A stretch of DNA of 16,910 nucleotides from Planctomycetota bacterium (GTDB lineage: Bacteria; Planctomycetota; UBA1135; GCA-002686595). Positions 7,130-14,751 of this stretch are shown here, piece after piece (the stretch's first letter is position 1; every line of letters starts with the position of its first letter). Location: contig JALWOP010000297.1 in NCBI GenBank assembly GCA_027083445.1, positions 1 through 16,910 of the forward strand. The letters run 5' to 3'. Below the pieces are notes generated by a model, which was not told the origin of the DNA, made no database searches, and worked only from the letters and a program-made list of their open reading frames with translations. The translations under genes and the position numbers were made by a program.

Positions 7130-8752
7130 CTACTCCGATCCGGTAGGGGCCTCCGCTTCGGGATCGGCGGCCGGCTCCCGGCCACCCTCGGACTCCTCGA
7201 CCAGCTTGCCGAAATACTGGGGCAACTCGACGCCGGCGATGTCGCGCATGAGGTGCATCGCCGGGGGCAGGGAGCCGGCGAGCCCGCGCAGGAAGCTCGA
7301 GGTGGCCGAGCCGCCCTCGCCTCCTCCCTGACCGCCGTCCCAGACGACGATCTTGTCGAACTTGATGTTCGCGATCGCCTTGGCCGCGGTGGCCGAGATC
7401 TCTTCGATGTGCTCGAGCATGAGCATCTTGAAGGCCTCGTCGGCACCGCCGCAGGCAGCGACGATCTCGCGCAGTCCCTGCCCCTTGCGGGCCAGGATTT
7501 CGAACTGACCCTTCGCCTCGGCTTCGAGCTTGGCGAAGATCGCTGCGGCTTCACCCTCGGCTTCGATACGTGCCTTCTCGGCCTCGGCCTCGGCTGCCAC
7601 GATCGTCTGGGCCTTTTGGGCCTTGGCGGCGGCTTCGAGCTCGGCGCGCTTCTCGGCTTCGATCTTCGCGGCCTGGGCTTCGGCCGCCTTGGCTTCGGCC
7701 AGGTACTGGGCTTGGCGCACCGCGGCCTCCGCTTCACGCCGACGGGTTTCGCCGCGCTGGAAGGCCTCGGCCTCCTGCACCTTGAGGTCGGCGTTGGCCT
7801 GGGCCATGCGTGCCTTGGCCTCGTTCTCGCCGACGACCGCCTTGGCGTTGGCATCGGCCACCCGAATGCGCATCTCCCTTTCGGAGTTGCGCACCTCGGA
7901 CTCCTGGTCGAACTGGGCCTTCTTCTCGCCGACGACCTTCTCCTTCTCGAGGGCGGCGAGCTGGATGGCCCGCTCGCGCTCGGCGGCCTTGGTGCCGATG
8001 TCGCGGATCTTCTCCCGTTCGGCTACCTGAATCGCGCGCTCCTTCTCGGCCTCGGCCACGCCGATCGAACCGTGGCGCTCCTGCTCGGCCACGTCGATTG
8101 CCGCCTGTTGGATCGCTTCCGAGGCCGCCTTGCGTCCGATGGCCTCGATGTAGCCCGAGTCGTCGGTGATGTCCTTGATGTTGACGTTGATCAGGACCAG
8201 GCCGATCTTGGCCAACTCGGGTTCGAGGCTCTGCTGAATGCTGGCCAGGAATTTATCCCGATCGCGGTTGATCTCCTGGATGGCCATCGAGGCGATCACC
8301 TGACGGAGCTGGCCGAAGATGATGTCTTCGGCCTGCTTGGAGATCTCCGCCGTCGTCAATCCGAGCAGGCGGATGGCAGCGTTCTGCATCGTGTCGCCCT
8401 CGGTGCCGATGGCGACGGTGAAGACACTCGGGACGTTGACGCGGATGTTCTCCGACGAGAGGGCACCCTCCAGGGGGATCTCGATCTGCAGCGGATCCAG
8501 CGAGAGGTAGTCGTAGTTCTGGATCAGCGGGATGATGAAGGCGCTACCGCCGTGCAGGCAGCGCGAACTCTGTCCTGCACCGGTCTTGCCGTAGATGACC
8601 AGGATGCGGTTGGAGGGGCAGCGCTTGTACCTCCGCGCGAGCAGGAGGAAAAAGCCGAACGCCACCAGGACGAAGGCCAGCGCAATGATGATCCAGTACG
8701 TGTTGAAAGACGCCTCAGCGGCGAGCGTCGTTACGGGAAGCAGGTGCGTCAT
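7130..8752 (-). CDS. Flotillin / SPFH (band-7) family protein, FloT/YuaG-like: N-terminal membrane anchor, SPFH domain, and a long Ala/Glu-rich coiled coil.
   Basis: MTHLLPVTTLAAEASFNTYWIIIALAFVLVAFGFFLLLARRYKRCPSNRILVIYGKTG... followed by the SPFH core and EAEKERAIQVAEREK-type heptad-rich repeats. I chose the ATG at 8752 rather than 8965, because the first 71 codons from 8965 are Arg/Ser junk and the 8752 start leaves a 16-nt gap to the upstream NfeD gene. Confidence 0.85.
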   Translation of the reverse strand: MTHLLPVTTLAAEASFNTYWIIIALAFVLVAFGFFLLLARRYKRCPSNRILVIYGKTGAGQSSRCLHGGSAFIIPLIQNYDYLSLDPLQIEIPLEGALSSENIRVNVPSVFTVAIGTEGDTMQNAAIRLLGLTTAEISKQAEDIIFGQLRQVIASMAIQEINRDRDKFLASIQQSLEPELAKIGLVLINVNIKDITDDSGYIEAIGRKAASEAIQQAAIDVAEQERHGSIGVAEAEKERAIQVAEREKIRDIGTKAAERERAIQLAALEKEKVVGEKKAQFDQESEVRNSEREMRIRVADANAKAVVGENEAKARMAQANADLKVQEAEAFQRGETRRREAEAAVRQAQYLAEAKAAEAQAAKIEAEKRAELEAAAKAQKAQTIVAAEAEAEKARIEAEGEAAAIFAKLEAEAKGQFEILARKGQGLREIVAACGGADEAFKMLMLEHIEEISATAAKAIANIKFDKIVVWDGGQGGGEGGSATSSFLRGLAGSLPPAMHLMRDIAGVELPQYFGKLVEESEGGREPAADPEAEAPTGSE

Positions 8753-8768
8753 GGTGGTCGTCCGGGCG

Positions 8769-9377
8769 TTAGAGCGCCTCGACTTCAAAGATGTTGGGGG
8801 ATGTTTGGCGCAGCACGCGGACCTGGGCTCCCGTCGGGATCTCCGGACCGCTCGTGGTGGCTTCGAACTCTTGTGTGCGTCCCTGGATCGAGACGGTGAT
8901 CTTGCCGCGGCCCTGGTTCTCCCCGGGGATACGCAGGTAGACCCGCGCGTTCTGGCCGACCGCATTGGCGGGGTCGACGTTGCCCTCCGAACCGAGGCGC
9001 GCGAAGGTGGCCATGACCCAGGCGACGAGCAGCATCGAAGTCAGGCCCATGCCCAGGGCAACCGTGACCGTGAAGGCCCCGCTCCAGCCCTCGTCCAGGC
9101 CGAGCAGGCCGGTCAGACCGAAGAAGGTCAGGAAGGCGGCCATGGAGCGGATCGAGAGGAACCCCAGCCCATCCCCATGGTCCCCATCGACATCGGTATC
9201 CCCGTCGACATCCCCTCCCATCAGCATCAGGAGCATCTGCAGACCCAGGATCAGGCCGCCGACGGCGGCGCAGGCCATGTAGGTCGTCCGGGCCTGGACG
9301 CCTTCGAGCCAGTGGACCGGGTCGGTGAGTTCGAGCAAGAGGGTGGGGGAGATCATCGGGGGAGGCGTTTGGGGCAT
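8769..9377 (-). CDS. NfeD-like (YuaF/YqiJ-type) membrane protein, partner of the flotillin. N-terminal TM segments plus a C-terminal OB-fold beta-barrel.
   Basis: Hydrophobic helices (AAVGGLILGLQMLLMLMGG, AAFLTFFGLTGLLGL, TVALGMGLTSMLLVAWVMA), then NARVYLRIPGENQGRGKITVSIQGRTQEFEATT, which is typical of the NfeD C-terminal domain. It sits directly upstream of, and co-oriented with, the SPFH gene. The start could be 9377 or 9356; neither has a Shine-Dalgarno. Confidence 0.7.
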   Translation of the reverse strand: MPQTPPPMISPTLLLELTDPVHWLEGVQARTTYMACAAVGGLILGLQMLLMLMGGDVDGDTDVDGDHGDGLGFLSIRSMAAFLTFFGLTGLLGLDEGWSGAFTVTVALGMGLTSMLLVAWVMATFARLGSEGNVDPANAVGQNARVYLRIPGENQGRGKITVSIQGRTQEFEATTSGPEIPTGAQVRVLRQTSPNIFEVEAL

Positions 9378-9492
9378 CGGCGAGGCCGCGAACGCCGCCC
9401 ACTCTACTCCTCCATGCGGCGGCCATTCAAAAAGGCTCTCCCCCCCGGCCCAACGTGCCTGCCCCCCCTCTCCAAGGGGCCGCGGGGATCCG

Positions 9493-10482
9493 CTAGCTCC
9501 CCAGCTTTTCGATGGCTCGGCGCAGGATGGGCCGATAGCGGCCGTTCAAGCCGAAATGTCCGCCGTCGAACTCGGCGTGCTCACAGGGGACCCCAAGCTC
9601 CCCCAGGCGTCGCACGAGCAGCCGCAGGCCGTACTGCAGGTTGAACTCGTCGCTGCGACCCGCTTCGAGGTAGAGCCAGTCCAGGGCGCGCAGGGCCTGG
9701 GTGTGCCGCTCGCAGGCCTGGAGCGGGTCGAAGGCCAGCCAACGCTGCCAGACCTCCTCCCGCCGCTCACCGGTCTCGAGATCGAAGGGCAGCTCACCCC
9801 CTGAGTAGCAGGCCGCCATCGCCACCACGTTCAAGAGGGCATGGCTCCCGTCGTCGAGTTCAGGGCGTTCTCGGAAGGCGGTCAGGAAAGCCTCGACGCT
9901 GCCTCCGTAGCGTCCCAGGAGCGTGAGGGCCTTCAGAAACTCCGTGGCGTAGACGTATTCGAAGTGGCAGTCCCCGGCGATCGAGGCGCAGGCGCGAAAG
10001 AGCCCCGGTCGGCGCATCGCCAGGTGCAAAGCCCCAAAACCTCCCGAACTCTTGCCGACGATCACCCGTCGCCCGTCGCTGGGGTAGTGCTGGTCCACCC
10101 AGGGCACCAGCTCATCGGCGAGGTAGTCCTCGTAGCGCCCGGTCGCAGGGCTGTTGACGTACTGGGAGCCGCCCAGGGAGGTCCAGGCGTCGGGCAAGAC
10201 GAGCAGGTGAGGGGGGTGTTCCCCCGCCGCGATGGCCCGGTCGATCTCGACCACCACCCCCGGCCTCCAGGGGTGGGTGTCGAGCAGGGAGTGGGGCCGG
10301 CCGGTGAAGCCGACCAGGAGGAAGACCACCGGGTGATCGCCGGGGACGGGGGGCACGTAGACCGGCACCTCGCGTCGCACCGGGTCTCCCAGGGCGTTGC
10401 CCTCGAGCACCCGGCTGTCGAAGGGACGCATCTCCACACGCCCGTGGAAACTGGCCGGGTCGCGCAGCCATCGATCGCTCAT
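9493..10482 (-). CDS. Alpha/beta-hydrolase esterase (PF00756 'putative esterase' / esterase D / enterochelin-esterase-like family).
   Basis: Nucleophile elbow GKSSGGFGAL (G-x-S-x-G), VPVYVPP...HPVVFLLVGFTG, and a C-terminal His in GGHFG. It lies 10 nt downstream of add on the same strand. Confidence 0.7.
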   Translation of the reverse strand: MSDRWLRDPASFHGRVEMRPFDSRVLEGNALGDPVRREVPVYVPPVPGDHPVVFLLVGFTGRPHSLLDTHPWRPGVVVEIDRAIAAGEHPPHLLVLPDAWTSLGGSQYVNSPATGRYEDYLADELVPWVDQHYPSDGRRVIVGKSSGGFGALHLAMRRPGLFRACASIAGDCHFEYVYATEFLKALTLLGRYGGSVEAFLTAFRERPELDDGSHALLNVVAMAACYSGGELPFDLETGERREEVWQRWLAFDPLQACERHTQALRALDWLYLEAGRSDEFNLQYGLRLLVRRLGELGVPCEHAEFDGGHFGLNGRYRPILRRAIEKLGS

Positions 10483-10492
10483 GGCGCGGAGC

Positions 10493-11578
10493 CTAGCACT
10501 GCGCGGCGGCGGCGCGGTAGCCCGGCACGATGCGTTCTTCCAGGATGCGCACCCGCTCCCGATAGGGATAGAAGGCCGACTTCATGGCATTGACCGTCAC
10601 CCGCTCGAGATCGGCCAGGTCGAGACCGAAGGTCTCCACCGCCACGGCGAACTCGTGGGTCATCGTCGTGCGACTCATCAAGCGGTTGTCGGTGTTCAGC
10701 GTGACTCGGTAGCCCTCGCGCAGGAAGTAGGGGAAGGGGTGCTCCTCCAGGGTGGGAACCGCCCCGGTGTGGACGTTCGAGGAGAGGCAGGCCTCGATCG
10801 GGATGCGGTGGTCCAGGACGTAGCGTGCCAGACCGCCCACCTGGATCACCTTGCCGTCGTAGACGACGATGTCCTCGAACAGGCGCGTTCCGTGGCCGAT
10901 GCGGTGGGCGCCGCAGTACTGCAAGGCCTGCCAGATGCTCTCGGGTCCGAAGCTCTCCCCGGCGTGGATCGTGATCGAGCCGTTGCGGCGTTTGATCAGT
11001 TGGAAGGCCTCCAGGTGGTGCTTGGCGGGATGGCCCTCCTCCTCACCGGCCAGGTCGAAGCCGACCACGCCCCGCCCGAACCAGGTGCTGGCCAGCTCCG
11101 CCAGCTTGAGGGAGAGTTTCTTGGACTGGTTGCGCATGGCGCAGACGATCAAGCCGTACTCGATACCCAGCTCCTCCCGCGCGCGCTCGCACCCCCGGCG
11201 GACCGCGGCCATGACCGCGTCGAGTCCCAGTTCTCCCTGGGTGTGAAAGTGGGGGGCGAACCGCAGTTCGGCATAGACCACGCCTTCGGCGGCCAGGTCT
11301 TCCAGGGCTTCGAAGGCGACGCGCTCCAGGGCATCCGCGCTCTGCAGGACGGCGATCGTGTGCGAAAAACCCTCCAGATACTCGGGCAGGCTGCCCCGGG
11401 CCGCTCCCCGGTGGAACCACTCCGCCAGGGCCTCCGGATCCCGTTCCGGGAGGGGGTGTCCCGCCGCCGCGGCCAGTTCGAGCACGGTTGCTGGACGCAG
11501 GCCCCCATCCAGGTGTTCGTGCAGCAAGACCTTGGGCAGGCTTCGCAGGGTGGATTCATCGAGCTCGATCGGGGTCAT
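10493..11578 (-). CDS. add: Adenosine deaminase.
   Basis: LPKVLLHEHLDGGLRP (zinc-binding HxH), IHAGE, and LNTDNRLMS (TDD-type C-terminal metal/transition-state motif). 361 aa. Confidence 0.9.
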   Translation of the reverse strand: MTPIELDESTLRSLPKVLLHEHLDGGLRPATVLELAAAAGHPLPERDPEALAEWFHRGAARGSLPEYLEGFSHTIAVLQSADALERVAFEALEDLAAEGVVYAELRFAPHFHTQGELGLDAVMAAVRRGCERAREELGIEYGLIVCAMRNQSKKLSLKLAELASTWFGRGVVGFDLAGEEEGHPAKHHLEAFQLIKRRNGSITIHAGESFGPESIWQALQYCGAHRIGHGTRLFEDIVVYDGKVIQVGGLARYVLDHRIPIEACLSSNVHTGAVPTLEEHPFPYFLREGYRVTLNTDNRLMSRTTMTHEFAVAVETFGLDLADLERVTVNAMKSAFYPYRERVRILEERIVPGYRAAAAQC

Positions 11579-11647
11579 GATTTCTTTTTCGTCCGGAAGG
11601 CGGGCAGGGATGAGTAGGCCGCCCTTGTCCGCCTCTCACCCCCCCGT

Positions 11648-11671
11648 ATTCTCTTCGGCATTCTCTTCGGC
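11648..11671. repeat. Perfect tandem duplication of the 12-mer attctcttcggc (x2) in the 123-bp add/gltX divergent intergenic region.
   Basis: Read directly: gtATTCTCTTCGGCATTCTCTTCGGCcc. Confidence 0.6.
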
Positions 11672-11701
11672 CCAGAGGCCGACCGTCCCCGAGGAATCCC
11701 C

Positions 11702-13171
11702 GTGACCCAGCCGCTCCGCGTCCGTATCGCTCCCAGCCCCACCGGCAGTATCCACCTGGGGCTGGCCCGCACCGCCCTCTTCAACTGGGCCCAGGCCCGC
11801 GGTCGCGGCGGCACCTTCGTGCTCCGCATCGAGGACACCGATCGCTCGCGCTCGACCGCCGAGTCGGAGACGGCCATTCTCGAAGGGCTGCGCTGGTTGG
11901 GGATCGATTGGGATGAGGGCCCCGACGTCGGTGGGCCCTATGCTCCCTATCGCCAGAGTGAACGCATCGAGCGCCACCTGGAGGTTGCGCGGCAGCTCGT
12001 GGAGAGGGGAGATGCCTACCGCTGTTTCTGCGACGCCGATCGGTTGCGTGAGCTGCGTGCCGCCCAGGAGGCGCGCAAGGAGACGCCCCGTTACGACGGA
12101 CACTGCCGAACGCTAGATCCCGCCGAGGCGGCGCGCCGCGCGCAGGCGGGAGAGCCCCACACCCTGCGCTTCCGCGTACCCGCCGGGGAGACCACCTTCG
12201 ACGACCTGGTGCGCGGCAAGGTCACCTTCGCCAACGCCGAGGTGGACGACTGGGTCATGCTGCGCCAGGACGGTTCACCGACCTACAACTTCGTCGTGGT
12301 CTGCGATGACGCCCAGATGCGCATCAGCCACGTCCTGCGGGGCGAGGAGCACCTGGTCAACACCCCCAAGCAGCTTCTGCTCTACCAGGCTCTCGAACTC
12401 CCGTCGCCGCGCTTCGCCCACCTGCCGCTCCTCTTGGGTCCCAACCGAAAGAAGCTCAGCAAGCGGGACGGCAGCGTCTCCCTGGAGGACTACCGTGCCC
12501 AGGGCTACCCCCGGGACGCCGTGGTCAACTTCCTCTGCCTGCAGGGCTGGGCGCTCGATGGTGAGACCGAGATCTTTTCCCGCGAGGAGTTCACCCGCGC
12601 CTTCGACGTGCGGGACGTCTCCAAGGGTGGCTCGGTCTTCGACTTCGACAAGTTGGCCTGGCTGGCCGGCGAGTACCTGCGCGCTGAGAGCGACGCGGAA
12701 CTCGCCGAGCATTGTGTTCCCTTCGTCGTCGCCGCCGGGCTCGCGGACGAGGAGGAACTGGCCCGGCGCCGGGAATGGTTCGAGCGCGTCGTCGCCCAGG
12801 AGAGGGAGCGCATTCGTCTCTACTCCGAGCTTCCCGCCCGCATCGCCTTCTATTTCGCCCCCGACGATTCCGTGGTCTACGACCCCAAGGCGGAAAAGGG
12901 AGCGCGCAAGCGGGAGGGGGCCGTTCAGACTCTCGAAGCCTATCGCGAGTGGTTGGCCGGCCAGGATCTGACCGAGCCCGAGGCCCTGGGGGAGCGGACC
13001 CGCGCCTGGCTCGCGGAGCGAGGGCTGAAGCTGCCGGCCCTCTTTCAGCCCCTGCGCTGTGCCCTGACGGGCCTGCCGGGGGGACCGGACCTCTTCCAGG
13101 TCATGGCGCTGCTCGGCCCCGAGGCGGTCGATGCCCGGCTGGCGGCGGGGATCGAGCGGCTGGGGGAGTGA
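11702..13171 (+). CDS. gltX: Glutamyl-tRNA synthetase (glutamate--tRNA ligase), class I.
   Basis: HIGH motif as PSPTGSIHLGLARTALFNW. KMSKS motif as KLSKRDGS. Conserved WLGIDWDEGP and PTYNFVVVCDD blocks. GTG start with GAGGA 6 nt upstream. Confidence 0.92.
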   Translation: MTQPLRVRIAPSPTGSIHLGLARTALFNWAQARGRGGTFVLRIEDTDRSRSTAESETAILEGLRWLGIDWDEGPDVGGPYAPYRQSERIERHLEVARQLVERGDAYRCFCDADRLRELRAAQEARKETPRYDGHCRTLDPAEAARRAQAGEPHTLRFRVPAGETTFDDLVRGKVTFANAEVDDWVMLRQDGSPTYNFVVVCDDAQMRISHVLRGEEHLVNTPKQLLLYQALELPSPRFAHLPLLLGPNRKKLSKRDGSVSLEDYRAQGYPRDAVVNFLCLQGWALDGETEIFSREEFTRAFDVRDVSKGGSVFDFDKLAWLAGEYLRAESDAELAEHCVPFVVAAGLADEEELARRREWFERVVAQERERIRLYSELPARIAFYFAPDDSVVYDPKAEKGARKREGAVQTLEAYREWLAGQDLTEPEALGERTRAWLAERGLKLPALFQPLRCALTGLPGGPDLFQVMALLGPEAVDARLAAGIERLGE

Positions 13172-13214
13172 GCCGGCGCCGTGGGGGGGGTCAAGCCCAC
13201 CTCCGATCGGGTCG

Positions 13215-14003
13215 ATGGAGAGGAGGATGGAACCCACCTCCACCCCCTCCGCCGCGGATGCGGAGCGAGGAGCGCATCTCGCCTGCGCCCCGGTGCGCGA
13301 GTGGGTGCGTCTGTTCGTCGCCGGTGGTGGGGGCGCGGGGGATGCCGCCCCGCGGCGGCACCTCTCGGAGTGCGACGCCTGCGCCGCCTTCTATCGCGAG
13401 GCGGTGCGCGCCGCTGCCTGCATCGGCAGGGAGCGCCGGTTGGAGCGGGAGGCGGCGGCGAAGGCCCTGCGTCATCGCCGCTTGCGGCGCTTCGCCTTTG
13501 GTGCGCGCAGCACTCGGACCGGCCGCCTGGCCCGGCTGCGCACCCTGATCTATCCCGCCCTTTTCTGCGTTCTGGCCTTCAGCTTGGCGAACCCTGTGCG
13601 CTTCGAGCCGTTGGCCCGCCTCGAGATCCTCGGGGGTCCGGTCCACGCATCCGAGGCGGCTCTCGCTTCGGCGCCCCCCACCGGGGAGGCTACCCTGGCC
13701 TTGGGCGAGCTTTGCGCAACGGGAAATGGGGGCCGGGCTCGCATCCACATCGGCGCCTCGAACCTCGAACTCTTGGGGCACACCGCCGTTCTTCTCGAGA
13801 GCTGCCGGAGGCCCCGCGTGCGCTTGGTCGCGGGCAGCGTCATCGCCGAGGGATCCTGGCAGGTGACCAGCGCCGCCGGAGTGGTGCGCATCGAGCAGGG
13901 TCGGGCGCGAGTCAGCCTCGAGGGCGGCGAGCTTGCCTGTGAGAGCCTGGGCGGCGTCGTGACTCGCATCGACGCCCGCGGCAGGGAGGTGCTCTCGCAC
14001 TGA
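13215..14003 (+). CDS. Putative zinc-dependent (ZAS / zf-HC2) anti-sigma factor with a single TM helix and a FecR-like C-terminal periplasmic domain.
   Basis: H-x3-C-x2-C motif in RRHLSECDACAAFY, preceded by LACAPVREW. TM LIYPALFCVLAFSLA. C-terminal beta-rich segment (RARIHIGASNLELLGHTAVLL...RVRLVAGSVIAEGSWQVTSAAGVVRIEQGRARV) resembling FecR. ATG at 13215 with GGAG just upstream. ATG 13227 is an alternative start. Confidence 0.55.
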   Translation: MERRMEPTSTPSAADAERGAHLACAPVREWVRLFVAGGGGAGDAAPRRHLSECDACAAFYREAVRAAACIGRERRLEREAAAKALRHRRLRRFAFGARSTRTGRLARLRTLIYPALFCVLAFSLANPVRFEPLARLEILGGPVHASEAALASAPPTGEATLALGELCATGNGGRARIHIGASNLELLGHTAVLLESCRRPRVRLVAGSVIAEGSWQVTSAAGVVRIEQGRARVSLEGGELACESLGGVVTRIDARGREVLSH

Positions 14004-14248
14004 GGTTCGAAGAGGTCGACCGGGAGTGCAGCGTAACACCGGGGTGTAGGAAGAGGGGCCGACCGGGTGAACCGATCGACCCCTCGCGGAGACGCGGCAC
14101 ACCGAGCGAGGTGGAGTCCTTGGGACTCGTTTCCGATCCGGAGATGCCGCTGCCTGACTGCCGGGACTCTCCTCTAGCTCCCTGGCACCCCGCAGCGGCG
14201 GCCTCACTCGATGGGTCACGTTTCCAATCGGGCGCAAACGCTGCCGGC

Positions 14249-14677
14249 TCAGAGCAGCGCAATCACCCGGTGACGGACGCGCTCACCCGCGTCCGTGTTT
14301 TCGACGGCGACGAAGATCGTGTCGTCACCGGCCACCGTGCCGAGCAGGCCCGGGATTCGTTCCGCTTCGAGGGCACGCGCGATCGCACTGGCGGCCCCAG
14401 GTTCGGCGTAGACCACGACCATGTTGGCACCCGCCGGCGCGGTTCCCCGGAGCAGGCTGGCGAGGTTCTCCAGGGGGGTGATGCGCTCGCTCTCGAGCAG
14501 GGTGTAGAGCCCGTCGCGCTTGACCGCCCGCAGGGCGCGCAGATCCCGGGAGAGCACCGGCTGGGTCGTGCGGATCCCCCGCGCCAGTAGCGTGCGTAAG
14601 AGCTCCTCCTGGCTGCGGCAGCGCTTCTCCCTCAGGACCGCCCGCAGGGCCTCTCTCCGCTCTCCCGTCAGGGTCAT
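14249..14677 (-). CDS. argR: Arginine repressor ArgR/AhrC. The alternative start is 14725.
   Basis: Winged-helix SQEELLRTLLARGIRTTQPVLSRDLRAL. C-terminal oligomerisation/arginine-binding GTVAGDDTIFV and ...DAGERV. The 14677 start leaves ~20 residues before the wHTH, as in characterised ArgRs. The 14725 start has a GGGAGG Shine-Dalgarno but adds 16 residues and would place an ARG-box-like palindrome inside the coding sequence. Confidence 0.85.
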   Translation of the reverse strand: MTLTGERREALRAVLREKRCRSQEELLRTLLARGIRTTQPVLSRDLRALRAVKRDGLYTLLESERITPLENLASLLRGTAPAGANMVVVYAEPGAASAIARALEAERIPGLLGTVAGDDTIFVAVENTDAGERVRHRVIALL

Positions 14678-14682
14678 GGCCC

Positions 14683-14698
14683 GAGAATAACTATTCGT
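14683..14698. promoter_or_regulatory. ARG-box-like near-palindrome cGAATAgtTATTCt (gene-strand reading TGACGAATAGTTATTCTCGG) immediately 5' of the proposed argR start. A second, weaker AT-rich half-palindrome (ATGATTATTCG) lies at ~14715-14726.
   Basis: Matches 11 of 14 positions of the tGAATwwwwATTCa ARG-box core, with symmetric GAAT/ATTC arms. These two boxes are among the few AT-rich patches in a ~72% GC window. Confidence 0.35.
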
Positions 14699-14751
14699 CA
14701 AAGCGGCACGCAAGCGAATAATCATGCAATCGCCTCCCGCTACCCTCTGGC

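Noticed and set aside
7253-8899. 548-aa + ORF antisense to flotillin. Also 7530..8030, 7810..8169 and 6892..7854 minus.
   Set aside because: Leu/Gly/Asp/Arg-rich mirror image of the flotillin Ala/Glu coiled coil, with no motifs. The SPFH gene on the minus strand explains the open frames.
8785-10471. Overlapping ORFs 8785..9426 minus, 8965..9282 +, 9325..9804 +, 10062..10439 minus, 10112..10471 minus, 10397..11617 +, 11043..11559 minus.
   Set aside because: All are alternative-frame or antisense readings of the NfeD, esterase and add genes. Their compositions are Arg/Pro/Gly-biased and motif-free.
12275-13548. 322-aa minus ORF and 278-aa/221-aa + ORFs over gltX, and the 13181..14237 ORFs over the anti-sigma gene.
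   Set aside because: The HIGH/KMSKS-bearing frame is unambiguous. The others are GC3 artefacts.
14004-14030. ggttcgaag, resembling a tRNA TpsiC-loop.
   Set aside because: No acceptor-stem pairing, no D-arm GG context and no CCA or anticodon-arm symmetry around it. This is a chance match.
14678-14725. ATG 14725 (with the GGGAGG Shine-Dalgarno) as the argR start.
   Set aside because: Kept only as an alternative. It would embed an ARG-box-like palindrome in the coding sequence and lengthen the N-terminus beyond typical ArgR proteins. I cannot exclude it without orthologs or TSS data.
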